NCBI GenBank assembly: GCA_965263035.1
Contig: OZ253580.1
Coordinates: 1,600,001 to 1,664,000, forward strand
Length of the DNA stretch: 64,000 bases
Direction: 5' to 3'
DNA from: Acidobacteriota bacterium
GTDB taxonomy: Bacteria; Acidobacteriota; UBA6911; RPQK01; JAJDTT01
The notes below the pieces were generated by a model, which was not told where the DNA came from, ran no database searches, and worked only from the letters and a program-made list of their open reading frames with translations. The stretch's first letter is position 1. Every line of letters begins with the position of its first letter. Below are positions 1 through 9,309 of this stretch, one piece after another. The position numbers were made by a program, and so were the translations under genes.

Positions 1-1320
1 CACCGTCGGGGGCGCGCCTCCGGTACCGGAGGGAGGCATCCCGCCCGAGACGTCTCCGCCTCGGATCACGGGAACCGCCGAGAGAGAACCCGTCTGCTTC
101 CCGAATCGTAACCCCAGCGGTGCGAACAAGGAACCATCCTCCGTCCGCAGGAAAAGAAGGCCCCGAAAGTCCCTCAGGAATCCCGTATCGACTCCCTCCA
201 CGCCGAACCACTCCGCCATGGTTCGAGCCCGTTGCTGAAAGTCCCCGTGGGGGACGAACACTCCGTCCAGAGGGTCGCTCCCTTCTTCGTCGCGAATGCG
301 GAGTTGGATCTCGGGGGCCGATTCCGGTTTGAAGATCGCCAGACCGGTGCCGATATCGGTCGATTCCTCGACGAACAGAGCAAATTGATTTCCCAGTTCT
401 ACCGGTTTGACGCCAACCTCGACTCCCGACTGGGTGTGCCGGTACGTCAACAGGCCACTGACTGACGCCGAATCGGTTTCGACCTCGATCCAGCCGCGCC
501 GAATCTGTCCCACCCCAGCGCTTCGCAGGATCCGACTGCCCTGGGACGGAATTTCGAAGGAGCTATCGGAACCGAAGAACCTGCGGACCGCGTCACCTTC
601 CGAATCGTAAACGCTGACGACGACGGCCGCGCCTCCGGTGGAGGCGGAGGTGTTGCTGAGCACGAGCTGCACGGACCAACCTCCACCATCCACGAAGTCG
701 GGGAAGTAGAGCGTGGTTGAGGACGAGGTCTGTGCCTGACCGCAAGCTTTCACGGTCTCTGCCAACGGAGCTCCGTCCAAGGAGAACGTCGCCTGCTTGA
801 CGAGAGTCGTCGGCGCCAGTTTGACCACCGTGTTCAACTCGTCATGGCGCGTGAGTCGATCCAGAAAGCGGTCGGTTTCCTCCGGCTTGACCGGACGTCC
901 ACCCGCCTCGTTCACGAGTATGACGCTGTCGAATTCCTCGTCCTCGTAAGACAGGTGTGTCCACTGCGTCTGTTGCGTCAGGTCAGGGTCACGCCAATTG
1001 AGAGTGACTGGCTGGTCGTCACCATCGTCGTAGTAGGTGCCAAGTGAATCGGCACCCTCGTACCAGTAAAGGATGGCCCCGTAGAATTTGTTCGGCTCAC
1101 AAAGGACGGCCAAGACCTGTCCCCGACCGCTACCGACCGCGGCGAGGTAACCCTCTTCCGGGGAGTTCCGCACCACCTCCCAGTCCCCGTCAGAGGTCTG
1201 AAATTGGAGCGAGTCACCGAACTGTTGGATAACAGTATCCAACGTCCGGTCGGCTCCCCGCTCCGCGTACAAGGGCGGTAACAACAATAACGCAACTAAC
1301 AGACTACAAAGTTGCTTCAT
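1..1320 (-). CDS. Secreted modular surface protein (3' end runs off the window), paralog of 1721..3472 with an extra ~160-aa inserted domain
   Basis: Not in the ORF track because it has no stop in the window. ATG at 1320, open to base 1: MKQLCSLLVALLLLPPLYAERGAD...TLYFPDFVDGGGWSVQLVLSN...IRRGWIEV...PLGLRFGKQTGSLSAVPVI...GGAPPTV, aligning directly with the neighbouring protein. Confidence 0.9.
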   Translation of the reverse strand, partial: MKQLCSLLVALLLLPPLYAERGADRTLDTVIQQFGDSLQFQTSDGDWEVVRNSPEEGYLAAVGSGRGQVLAVLCEPNKFYGAILYWYEGADSLGTYYDDGDDQPVTLNWRDPDLTQQTQWTHLSYEDEEFDSVILVNEAGGRPVKPEETDRFLDRLTRHDELNTVVKLAPTTLVKQATFSLDGAPLAETVKACGQAQTSSSTTLYFPDFVDGGGWSVQLVLSNTSASTGGAAVVVSVYDSEGDAVRRFFGSDSSFEIPSQGSRILRSAGVGQIRRGWIEVETDSASVSGLLTYRHTQSGVEVGVKPVELGNQFALFVEESTDIGTGLAIFKPESAPEIQLRIRDEEGSDPLDGVFVPHGDFQQRARTMAEWFGVEGVDTGFLRDFRGLLFLRTEDGSLFAPLGLRFGKQTGSLSAVPVIRGGDVSGGMPPSGTGGAPPTV

Positions 1321-1720
1321 ATCAATCTCACTTTCTTCACCTTGTCAGCTGATATTTTGCATTCTCAATTACATGCCAAAGTACGCGTCCAACCGTCGCT
1401 ACAGAGAGTTGGCGGGAAGGTCGTCAAGAAAACGTTTGAATTTCCCATCCCTCGACTATTGCGTTCACGTTGATAAATAAGGATATGCGAATGGAATTCT
1501 ATTGCCGCCCTGGAGGAAATCGCGGCAGTGCGATATCCGAAAAAGACAGTTTCGCCCCAAGTCGCTCTTTCAATCTTCAACGAGAAACAACTTTGGCGGA
1601 TTTCGCCTTCGGCGCTCGCATCGTGAAACTGTGATTCTTTGATATGTTCCATCGAATGTCCTCAAGGAACACTTCTCTTTAGGATTCAACCCCGCTTCTC
1701 GATCCCAGTGCCGAATCGTT

Positions 1721-3472
1721 TTACGATCCTGTCCTGCCCTCCCCTATCTCAGACCATTCTCCCGGCGAGCCGCTGCCGCAACGAGACGAGTTCCGGTGGC
1801 GGTATCGAACTTCGTAGACCGTATCCGGACTGAGGCCCGTGACGCTAATCGTAAGCGTACCTGTTCCTCCCGTGGCGGCATCGTTGGTGACAGTTGTGCA
1901 CCCCTCGCTCCACGACCCTTGAGGAGTTTTCGTCCGGAACTGCAAATCATAGGCCTTGGTCTCACCCGCTTCAAAGGAGTCTCGGAAACCGACCTCAAGC
2001 TCTGTGTTGTTTCCGCTGACGGGGCTGACCGTCGGTGCCGGGGGCTTGCCGGTGTCATCGCCGGTTGTGCCCTCGCCGATCTCAGACCATTCTCCCGGCG
2101 ACCCGCTACCACAACGAGACGAGTTCCGGTGGCGGTATCGAACTTCGTATGTTGTTTCCGGACTGAGGCCGGTGATGCTCAAACTAACGGTCGCTGTTCC
2201 TGCCGTCGATTCGTCGTTGGTGACAGTCGTGCACCCTTCATCCCACGACCCGCGAGGAGTCTTTCTCCGGACCTGCAAGTCGTAGGCCTTGGTCTCACCC
2301 GCTTCAAAGGAGTCGCTGAATCTGACCTCAAGCTCCGTGTTCTCGCCGGCTACGGGTCTGACCGTCGGGGCGGCCGGTTTAGGAGCATTGGTCACAGTGA
2401 CCGTGGCCGTAGCCGAGGCCGTCTGTCCGTCGGCGCTTCGCACAGTGATGCGGTAGGTCGTCGTCTGCGTCGGAGACACACTTCGCGAGCCCGATGTCGG
2501 GACCGTGCCGATTCCCGGCGTGATCGACGCGCTTTCCGCGTTGGTTGACGACCATCTCAACGTCGCGCTTTGTCCCTGTTCGATCGAACTTGGCGAAGCC
2601 GACATCGTCACCGTCGGCCCGGGCTGACCTGGCCCACATCCACCGAACGGGTTGGGCGCTGCACATCCGGCATCATCGATGATCTTGATCACGGGAACCG
2701 CTGAGAGCGATCCTTTCTGCTTCCCGAAACGCAGCCCCAGCGGCGCGAACGGAGAGCCGTCCTCGGACCGCAGGAACAGGAGACCTCGAAAGTCCCTCAG
2801 GAATCCCGTATCGGCCCCTCCTTGGTCGAACCATTCCGGAATGGTGATTGCCTTCTGGCTAAAGTTCCCCAACTGTACGACCTGACCGTCCAAGGGGTCT
2901 TCTCCCTCTTCGTCGCGGATACGGAGCTCGATCTCAGGGGATGATTCCGGTTTGAAAATGGCCAGTCCGGTGCCGATGTCGCTCGATTCTTCGACGAACA
3001 GAGCGAAATGATCTCCCAGCTCGACCGATTCGACGCCGACCTCGACCCCCGACACGACATGCCTGTAGGTCAACAATCCACTAACCGATGCCGTAGCGGT
3101 CCGGACCTCGATCCAGCCGCGCCGAATCCGTTGCCCTGTCCCATCGCTTTTCAGGATTTGACTGCCGAGAGATGGAATCTCGAAAGAGGTGGCAGAATCG
3201 AACAGATCCGTGACCGAGTCGCCTTCCTGATCGTAAACATTGACGACAACGGCCGCGCCCGCGGTGGTGCCGATATTGGTGAGCACCAACTGCACGGACC
3301 AACCTCCCCCATCCACGAAGTCGGGGAAGTAGAGCGTTTCTTCTTGTTCCTCGGTTTGGAATTGGATTGATTCACTGTAAAGAACAATCTCCAACGGCTG
3401 GTCTGCTCCGCGCTCCGCATACACGGCGGGGAACAGCAACAACGCAACCAGCAAACTGGCGAGTTTCTTCAT
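1721..3472 (-). CDS. Secreted surface protein: signal peptide, 'YFPDFVDGGGW' beta domain, PKD/Ig-like module and two fibronectin type III-like repeats
   Basis: 583-aa ORF with an N-terminal signal peptide. SASPSSIEQGQSATLRWSS..TTTYRIT is an Ig/PKD-like motif, and two repeats carry the ITGLSPETTYEVRYR FN3 signature. Confidence 0.85.
   Translation of the reverse strand: MKKLASLLVALLLFPAVYAERGADQPLEIVLYSESIQFQTEEQEETLYFPDFVDGGGWSVQLVLTNIGTTAGAAVVVNVYDQEGDSVTDLFDSATSFEIPSLGSQILKSDGTGQRIRRGWIEVRTATASVSGLLTYRHVVSGVEVGVESVELGDHFALFVEESSDIGTGLAIFKPESSPEIELRIRDEEGEDPLDGQVVQLGNFSQKAITIPEWFDQGGADTGFLRDFRGLLFLRSEDGSPFAPLGLRFGKQKGSLSAVPVIKIIDDAGCAAPNPFGGCGPGQPGPTVTMSASPSSIEQGQSATLRWSSTNAESASITPGIGTVPTSGSRSVSPTQTTTYRITVRSADGQTASATATVTVTNAPKPAAPTVRPVAGENTELEVRFSDSFEAGETKAYDLQVRRKTPRGSWDEGCTTVTNDESTAGTATVSLSITGLSPETTYEVRYRHRNSSRCGSGSPGEWSEIGEGTTGDDTGKPPAPTVSPVSGNNTELEVGFRDSFEAGETKAYDLQFRTKTPQGSWSEGCTTVTNDAATGGTGTLTISVTGLSPDTVYEVRYRHRNSSRCGSGSPGEWSEIGEGRTGS
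1731..2372 (-). repeat. Intragenic tandem duplication, 333-bp period (two FN3-like domains)
   Basis: ATCTCAGACCATTCTCCCGGCGA occurs at 1746 and 2079; the protein repeat APTV.PV.G.NTELEV...GEWSEIGEG appears twice. Confidence 0.9.
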
Positions 3473-3636
3473 GACAACCTCATTTTCTTTGTCTTTTCAG
3501 CAGTTGTGAGCACTGGCTTCACGAGCCGAAGCGGCCCCCGCGGTGGTCGTTGCCCGAGTAGACCGCTTTCGCTTATCCATGAACGACTGATCCGCGCGAG
3601 CCGCACGACGGCGTCCTTTTTTCGCACCTAAACACC

Positions 3637-3664
3637 TATGACGTCTGGGAAACGAGAACCGGAC
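3637..3664 (-). promoter_or_regulatory. Putative ECF sigma promoter GTCCG-N12-CAGACGTCATA upstream of the surface-protein genes
   Basis: Minus strand reads tGTCCG gttctcgtttcc CAGACGTCATA gg; identical boxes and spacing recur at 6511..6538. CGTC is a typical ECF -10 core. Confidence 0.65.
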
Positions 3665-3687
3665 AGTCTCGCCGCGAGAAATGTGCT

Positions 3688-6408
3688 CTATTCGTCCCTG
3701 GAAACCTTCGAAAGCGCCTTGGCGAACGCGCGCGCGTTCGGCGGCCGCGCCGACCGGGGGGCCGTCAAGATCGATGATGCGAACCCGATCACGGCCGATC
3801 CGGTGTCTGACCTTGCAGCGGACCCCGCGGCGCTAACGAGATGCTGACGCCGGATACGGTCCACCACCTCGTCGATGCCGGGGGCAGCGAACGGATACCG
3901 GCCGGACACCATCTCGTACAGAACGACGCACAGGGACCAGACGTCGTCGGTTTCATCGGCCAAGCGGCCGGAGAGCACTTCGGGGGACATATAGCGCAAG
4001 GTGCCGCCTGCGGTCACGGCATCGTCCGTCTCACGAGCCAGGCCGAAATCCAGAAGTTTTGGCGACCCCTTCGACGTAAACCCGATATTGCTGGGCTTGA
4101 TGTCACCATGCAGGAATCCCTTGTCGTGCAGCGTTGCCAGCGCGTCTGCCAGCCGGGCGATGGCCAAAACGGCCTCCAGCGGCGGGACCGGACCGTCCCG
4201 CAACCGATCCTCAAGCGTGCCACTGGGAAGGAACTCCACGATGAGGAACGGACGGCCTCGCCAGAATTCGATGCCGTAGATCTGGGCGGCTGCCGGATGC
4301 GTCACCGTCGCCATGGTCCGCGCTTCCGGCCTCAGCCTCATCAGGTGGTCGGCCGACGCCCTCCCCAGGGTCTTGATCGCGACGTCTCGGGCCAACTGAA
4401 GGTCACGCGCCAGATAGACCGCTCCCATGCCCCCGACGCCCAGGCGCCGCGCCAGTCGAAACTTGCCGGCCAAGAGCTTCGGGACCTCAGTCTCTTTGTA
4501 ACCGACTTCGCATTCGCAATCGGGCGGAGCACCGGCAACCACGACGCACCGGCAGACGGGACACTCCTGCGCCGGCGGCGCCTCCAACGGTCGAGCGTCC
4601 GGCGCCTGCAGGAGACGGAGGCGCGCAACCGCCAGTCCGGCGGCCGCCCCGAGCGCCTCAAGAAACGGAAGGTCGACGGTGCGCACGATCCGATCGTCGA
4701 AACGGCGTCCCACCACGAGCACGCCGGAGACCTCCGATCCCAAACCGGGAATCGGCAAGATCACGTCGGCGGATGTCTCGACGACCCACGCCACATCGTC
4801 AGGCGGCAGCAGCGGGAAGACCGATGTCTTGTCCTTCGGGTTGACCCGCAATGGACCGCCGGCCGTCTCCAGCAGGTGGACGATCGCCGAGGCGCGCGGC
4901 AGGGAAGCGATCCGAGCGTCCGGCGCGCGGAAGTCTTGTGCTTCCGTTTGGGTATCGGTGGCAATCAGCAGGACGGCGGGCGACCCGCAACCGCGCTTGG
5001 CCGTCCGGGTCACCGTCCGGCTGACCGTCGTCATTCGCCCGGCCTGCGCCAACACGGTCCCCGCGCCGGCCAGTGCTTGCCTCTGGCCCTTGGTCTCGGG
5101 GAAAATCCAGGCGTCCAGGCGAATCAGGATCCGTTCGCGGCCGATGTTCACCAGCAACATGATCCCGGTTGCCGCGAACAGCAACTGCGCCAGTGGATCC
5201 GTGGCGATCGCACCTACCGTGCGCTCCGGATGACTCGCCACCATCCAGCCCAGGCCCACCGCCGGAACGGCGGCCGTTGCCCCCAACAGGCCACGGCGCA
5301 TCAGCAACCGCCTGTAGCACGCCCGGACCACCTCTCGCGGGTGGGGCAGGCGCACCGCGAGCACCGAATACCAGAGCAGAATCATCCCGGGGAATCGCAT
5401 CAGTACTACCACCAGAATAAGGGGAGACCACTGAAAGTTAGACACCCACATCCCTGGCGAGAACACCTCGGCGACACTGACCGTGACCCATGCTCCTACG
5501 TAAATGGCGAACCCGCCGCTGAAGACGACGACGCGCCTCACCTCGTCGGCTGGCGCAGTGTGCGCACGTAGCGCAATGACCGCGACCGCCGCCAGCGTCA
5601 ACAGATCGGTGATGGCGAACGATCCATCGATGGCCAGAGAAACGGGCGCCTTCGCGTAACCGGCTCGCGCGAACTCCAGCGTCGCCACGAACCCGGCCCA
5701 GAGGGCAATGCCGACGGCCACGCTGACCGGAACCATGCAGCGCGCGAGATCGTCGAGCCGGGTTCGGCGATAGACTCTCGGACATTCTCGAGCGAACGCC
5801 CAGAGGAACGCGGGGGCGAAGTGGAACGCGGGCACGTAAAGATAAGTGAATAGCCTCGTTAGCAAAGGTAGCTCCCGGAGAAACGCGTCGACCATGTGCG
5901 GTGGCGGGAGTTCCCCGAAAAACGCCGGCAGCATGTGAAACGGCCCTAGCGCGGCCCTGACCAGGAAAAAGCCCCCGAGCAGCCAAGTCCGCGATTCCCG
6001 GACGCCGGCGAACAGCAGCAGGGCCGCACTGGCGCCATGCCCGAAGAACAGCATCACCATGTAAACGGCCACCGCGCCATGCTGGCGATGGTAGTCGGTC
6101 CATGCCCACGGGAGCAGTATCAGCGCAACGCACACCTCGACCGCGGCGATGACCATCAGGGCGTGAAATAAACGGCCCATGAACATCCCAGCGCGCGGAT
6201 CGGGGCCGGTCGCCGGCAGCGCTGCCGGTGTCTGTCCAGCATGGCGTCGGTTTCTGAAGACACGGGCGATGACCCGCAGGTTCTCAAGCTTCTCGCGGTC
6301 GGCAGGCGTGGCGAGTTCCGCGCATCGATCCCACTGGACGTCTTGGTCCAGCGTGAGCGCGTCCGCCACATCGGCTATGAGATCGTTACGATCGTCGTCA
6401 CTCATCAC
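3688..6408 (-). CDS. Membrane Ser/Thr protein kinase (N-terminal cytoplasmic segment, multi-TM region, GAF-like region, Cys knuckle, C-terminal Hanks kinase)
   Basis: LGVGGMGAVY, VAIK, HGDIKPSN (non-RD), DFG, YMSPE and DVWSL motifs are intact; many hydrophobic helices; ECPVC..CEC precedes the kinase domain. Confidence 0.92.
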   Translation of the reverse strand: MMSDDDRNDLIADVADALTLDQDVQWDRCAELATPADREKLENLRVIARVFRNRRHAGQTPAALPATGPDPRAGMFMGRLFHALMVIAAVEVCVALILLPWAWTDYHRQHGAVAVYMVMLFFGHGASAALLLFAGVRESRTWLLGGFFLVRAALGPFHMLPAFFGELPPPHMVDAFLRELPLLTRLFTYLYVPAFHFAPAFLWAFARECPRVYRRTRLDDLARCMVPVSVAVGIALWAGFVATLEFARAGYAKAPVSLAIDGSFAITDLLTLAAVAVIALRAHTAPADEVRRVVVFSGGFAIYVGAWVTVSVAEVFSPGMWVSNFQWSPLILVVVLMRFPGMILLWYSVLAVRLPHPREVVRACYRRLLMRRGLLGATAAVPAVGLGWMVASHPERTVGAIATDPLAQLLFAATGIMLLVNIGRERILIRLDAWIFPETKGQRQALAGAGTVLAQAGRMTTVSRTVTRTAKRGCGSPAVLLIATDTQTEAQDFRAPDARIASLPRASAIVHLLETAGGPLRVNPKDKTSVFPLLPPDDVAWVVETSADVILPIPGLGSEVSGVLVVGRRFDDRIVRTVDLPFLEALGAAAGLAVARLRLLQAPDARPLEAPPAQECPVCRCVVVAGAPPDCECEVGYKETEVPKLLAGKFRLARRLGVGGMGAVYLARDLQLARDVAIKTLGRASADHLMRLRPEARTMATVTHPAAAQIYGIEFWRGRPFLIVEFLPSGTLEDRLRDGPVPPLEAVLAIARLADALATLHDKGFLHGDIKPSNIGFTSKGSPKLLDFGLARETDDAVTAGGTLRYMSPEVLSGRLADETDDVWSLCVVLYEMVSGRYPFAAPGIDEVVDRIRRQHLVSAAGSAARSDTGSAVIGFASSILTAPRSARPPNARAFAKALSKVSRDE

Positions 6409-6510
6409 TCGTCCGGGTTCGCCTCAATGAGCTGTTCGACACTGGAACTGGCGCGAGATCCGCTGCAATCGGACTCGCCCGGCGTTGACAGCTTATGCTG
6501 CTCTCTCTCT

Positions 6511-6538
6511 TATGACGTCTGATTGGCAAATTTCGGAC
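6511..6538 (-). promoter_or_regulatory. Putative ECF sigma promoter GTCCG-N12-CAGACGTCATA upstream of the kinase gene
   Basis: Minus strand reads cGTCCG aaatttgccaat CAGACGTCATA ag, ~100 bp before the kinase ATG; second copy of the 3637..3664 motif. Confidence 0.65.
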
Positions 6539-6634
6539 GGGTGCAGCACGATCGGCCAGATTCTGGGGATCTCAGCGTGCGTACCGCCGGCGCAGACTCC
6601 GCTGGGCGCGTCCCCGGCGAGAAATCCCGGCTAG

Positions 6635-8405
6635 GAGCCTGTCCGAGAATTCGGCATTGAGCGACCTTCACCCATAACCATGCTCAGGGGCAATGGTCCA
6701 AGGCTCCGAAGACCCTCGAATCCTGGCCTCCGAAGCCGAGGGAACCGATGGATTGCTCTAATTCCGACGCGAAAAGAGGCTACAGAGGCCGATTTTTGAC
6801 TTCATCCGCCCTTATCCGCCCCTTTCTTACGCCCAGGCCGCTCGCTTCCCGAACTCCGGACACACCTCTCCCCGCAGAGCCGCAAGCATGATCTTTTTGA
6901 GATTGTGTGCCACGCAGACCAGCGAGAACTCCCCCGCCACTTTCGCCTTGCCCCGCAGCCCGAATCCCCGAAATCCCGAGTTCTTGATCTGCCCGAACAC
7001 CGGCTCCACGATCGTCTTGCGACGCGCGTAGATCGCCTGGCTCTCCGGTTTCGACATCCGCTCGTTCATCGCCCGTCGCAACGGCTCCTTCCCGTCGCTC
7101 GTGATCGTGCGCGCCGCCCCTGACTTCGACCGGCAGCAACGACGATAGTAGGCACAGGATCGGCACTCATCGATGTCCCCCTGATACACCCGCTGTCCCG
7201 TGCCGCGGGTGGTCTTCAACCTCAGCAGTTGGCCACCGGGACAATGAAAGCCGTCCTGCTCCTCGTCGTAACGAAAGTCCGCTTTCACCAAGTAACGCTT
7301 GCTCGCGTCCAGGTCCCCCTTCCCCCGCTTCTCTCCCCGGTCCGTCGCGATGTAGGCTTCCACCTTCCGATCCGACGTCTCCTGCAGGTTCTTCCCCGAG
7401 TAGTACCCGTTGTCCAAACTCAGCTTCTCCGGCAACCGACCGCTCGTCTCCTCCACCTCATCCAAGGCTGGAGCCACTTCCTGGGAATCGTTCGCCTGCT
7501 GGCTCACGTGCTGACCCACGATCACCTGCGACTTGCCGTCCACGCTGATCTGTGCGTTGTACGCGTACTCGAAGTCCCCTTTTTGCTTCATGATCCGCGC
7601 CTCGGGGTCCGCAAAGCTGATCTGCTTCTTGTCCTCGATCGCCTGACCCGGTCGAAGCTCCTGCTCCCGCGCTTCCAGCAGCTGCTTCATCTCCCGGACC
7701 TTCTTCAACCGCTGCTTCTTGTCGCGCAGGTCATCGGGCAGCTCATACCCGGTCCGCTCCTGGTAGACCCGATCCTCTTCCTCGTCGCAGCGGTCCGCCT
7801 GCCGGGTCAAGGCTTCGATCTCCTCGCACAATTCCTGCTCCTTCTCCTTCAGCCGTCCGTAACTCATCGCCTTGTGCTTCGAGCTGTTCGCCTTGAACTT
7901 GGACCCGTCCAGGCTCACGTGGCCCAAACTCACCAGCCCCAGCCCCATCGCCAGTTGCACCGTCTGCTTGAAGCAGGACCGGAAGAATTCCCCGTGGTCC
8001 TTCCGGAAATCGCTCAACACCCGGAAGTTCGGGCAGTTCCTCCCCGCGATGTACATGAACCCCAGATCCTCCCGGCAGCGCTGCTCGATCTGCCGGGAGC
8101 TGAACACGCCGCGGCTGTAGGCGTAGATCAGGATCGACACGATCTGACGCGGCGCGTAGGCGCGCTGGCCCCGGTCGCTGTACTGGGCCTCCACTTCCGA
8201 CGTGTCCAGTTGCTCGAACAGTTCCTGATAGAGGAAACATTCGTGATCCTCCGGCAAGAGGTCGAACACGTTGGCCGGAAACAGCTGACTCTGGTAGTAG
8301 TCTTTCGGGTAGGCTTTGAATCGCGGGGGCATCCAACATTCTCCTGATGATCAGATGCCCTGATTTTAAGGAGCTTCGGTGACAGCCCCGTTCTCGGACA
8401 GCCTC
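6635..8405 (-). mobile_element. IS1182-family insertion sequence flanked by CTAG
   Basis: 15-bp TIRs GAGCCTGTCCGAGAA (6635) / TTCTCGGACAGCCTC (8391..8405), 14/15 match; CTAG at 6631..6634 and 8406..8409; a single transposase inside. Confidence 0.9.
6827..8332 (-). CDS. IS1182-family DDE transposase
   Basis: 501 aa; YAYSRGVFSSRQIE (DUF772-like N-terminus), SLDGSKFKANSS, DNGY, CPGG..C..C...C, RRKTIVEPVFGQIK and VAHNLKK motifs. Confidence 0.93.
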   Translation of the reverse strand: MPPRFKAYPKDYYQSQLFPANVFDLLPEDHECFLYQELFEQLDTSEVEAQYSDRGQRAYAPRQIVSILIYAYSRGVFSSRQIEQRCREDLGFMYIAGRNCPNFRVLSDFRKDHGEFFRSCFKQTVQLAMGLGLVSLGHVSLDGSKFKANSSKHKAMSYGRLKEKEQELCEEIEALTRQADRCDEEEDRVYQERTGYELPDDLRDKKQRLKKVREMKQLLEAREQELRPGQAIEDKKQISFADPEARIMKQKGDFEYAYNAQISVDGKSQVIVGQHVSQQANDSQEVAPALDEVEETSGRLPEKLSLDNGYYSGKNLQETSDRKVEAYIATDRGEKRGKGDLDASKRYLVKADFRYDEEQDGFHCPGGQLLRLKTTRGTGQRVYQGDIDECRSCAYYRRCCRSKSGAARTITSDGKEPLRRAMNERMSKPESQAIYARRKTIVEPVFGQIKNSGFRGFGLRGKAKVAGEFSLVCVAHNLKKIMLAALRGEVCPEFGKRAAWA

Positions 8406-8409
8406 CTAG

Positions 8410-8518
8410 GAGGCTGTCCGAGAATAGACTATTTTCAAAAAGTATTGTTTGTAAACTATTGATTTATAAAGGGTTAAGTTTTCAAAAACTATGATTTTTC
8501 GAGTTCTCGGACAGCCTC
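8410..8518. mobile_element. 109-bp AT-rich MITE with the IS1182 TIRs and an internal IHF-consensus site
   Basis: Perfect TIR GAGGCTGTCCGAGAA...TTCTCGGACAGCCTC; CTAG on both sides (8406, 8519); AATCAATAGTTTA (WATCAAN4TTR) on the minus strand at 8452..8464. Confidence 0.9.
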
Positions 8519-9135
8519 CTAGGCGCCTTCGGCATGACCTTGCTCAGCCGAATCACGGCCCGCTTGAGCGCTTTGCGTGCCGCGTCCGCGGTCGGAAGAC
8601 GTTCGACGGCCGCGAGCTGCCGGTAGCTGTATCCGAGTTCCGCGCGTCCGACGATCAGCCGTCGATCACGGTCCTTCAAACCCTTGAGTCCATCCCGGTA
8701 ACGCTTCCACATCTCTTTTTTCCGCAACTGTTGATGCTGTGGAGACGCATCCTCAAAGGGACGAAGGGGTTCCTGAGGCAGCGTGACACGGCGGGCGTCC
8801 AGCCGTCGAGTGGCGCGTCGCAACTCGTCCTGGACGCGGTTCTCCACGGCGCGCCGCAGATATCCCCGCAAGGCGCTCATGTGCTTCGACTCGAACCAGT
8901 TGAGCCGCGCGAATGTATGATGCAGAACGTCTTGCGCCAAATCGCTCGTGGTGATCCCGTTGCGGGCCCACTGCGGCAGCCGGCCCCGCACGCGTCTCCG
9001 CACCCACGGCGCATACCGCGTGAACAGCACCTCGATCGCCGAGACTTTCCCCTGGCGCACCCGATCCAGGAGACGCCGCTCGGAACCGAGACTGTGCGAA
9101 ACATTCTCGCCCGACCGCTTCGATGATGGAGACAT
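8482..9135 (-). CDS. ECF sigma-70 factor (kinase-associated type); current C-terminus supplied by the MITE
   Basis: Region 2: [11 protein letters not shown]...[10 protein letters not shown]...[19 protein letters not shown]. Region 4: L.DRDRRLIV...LGYSYRQLA...AARKALKRA. The tail [12 protein letters not shown] is read from MITE DNA. Confidence 0.88.
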   Translation of the reverse strand: MSPSSKRSGENVSHSLGSERRLLDRVRQGKVSAIEVLFTRYAPWVRRRVRGRLPQWARNGITTSDLAQDVLHHTFARLNWFESKHMSALRGYLRRAVENRVQDELRRATRRLDARRVTLPQEPLRPFEDASPQHQQLRKKEMWKRYRDGLKGLKDRDRRLIVGRAELGYSYRQLAAVERLPTADAARKALKRAVIRLSKVMPKAPRRLSENSKNHSF

Positions 9136-9309
9136 ACGGTCCGCTAGCCAAAACGGGGCGGATCGCGCCGGAACGCCACGCCGCCGGCATCTGTCCTCAC
9201 CACTATCACGCGATCTCTCCGGACAGCCACGCCGCCGCGCGGCGGCGCGCCCGGTGCCGCGTCCTAAGGTGCCCGAATTCGCTGGCTTCGACAGATCCGA
9301 GTCCGGGAA

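Noticed and set aside
1360-1380. TGGCATG..TTG sigma54-like site upstream of the first surface protein
   Set aside because: GG-N10-GC spacing is not met and the -12 GC is absent.
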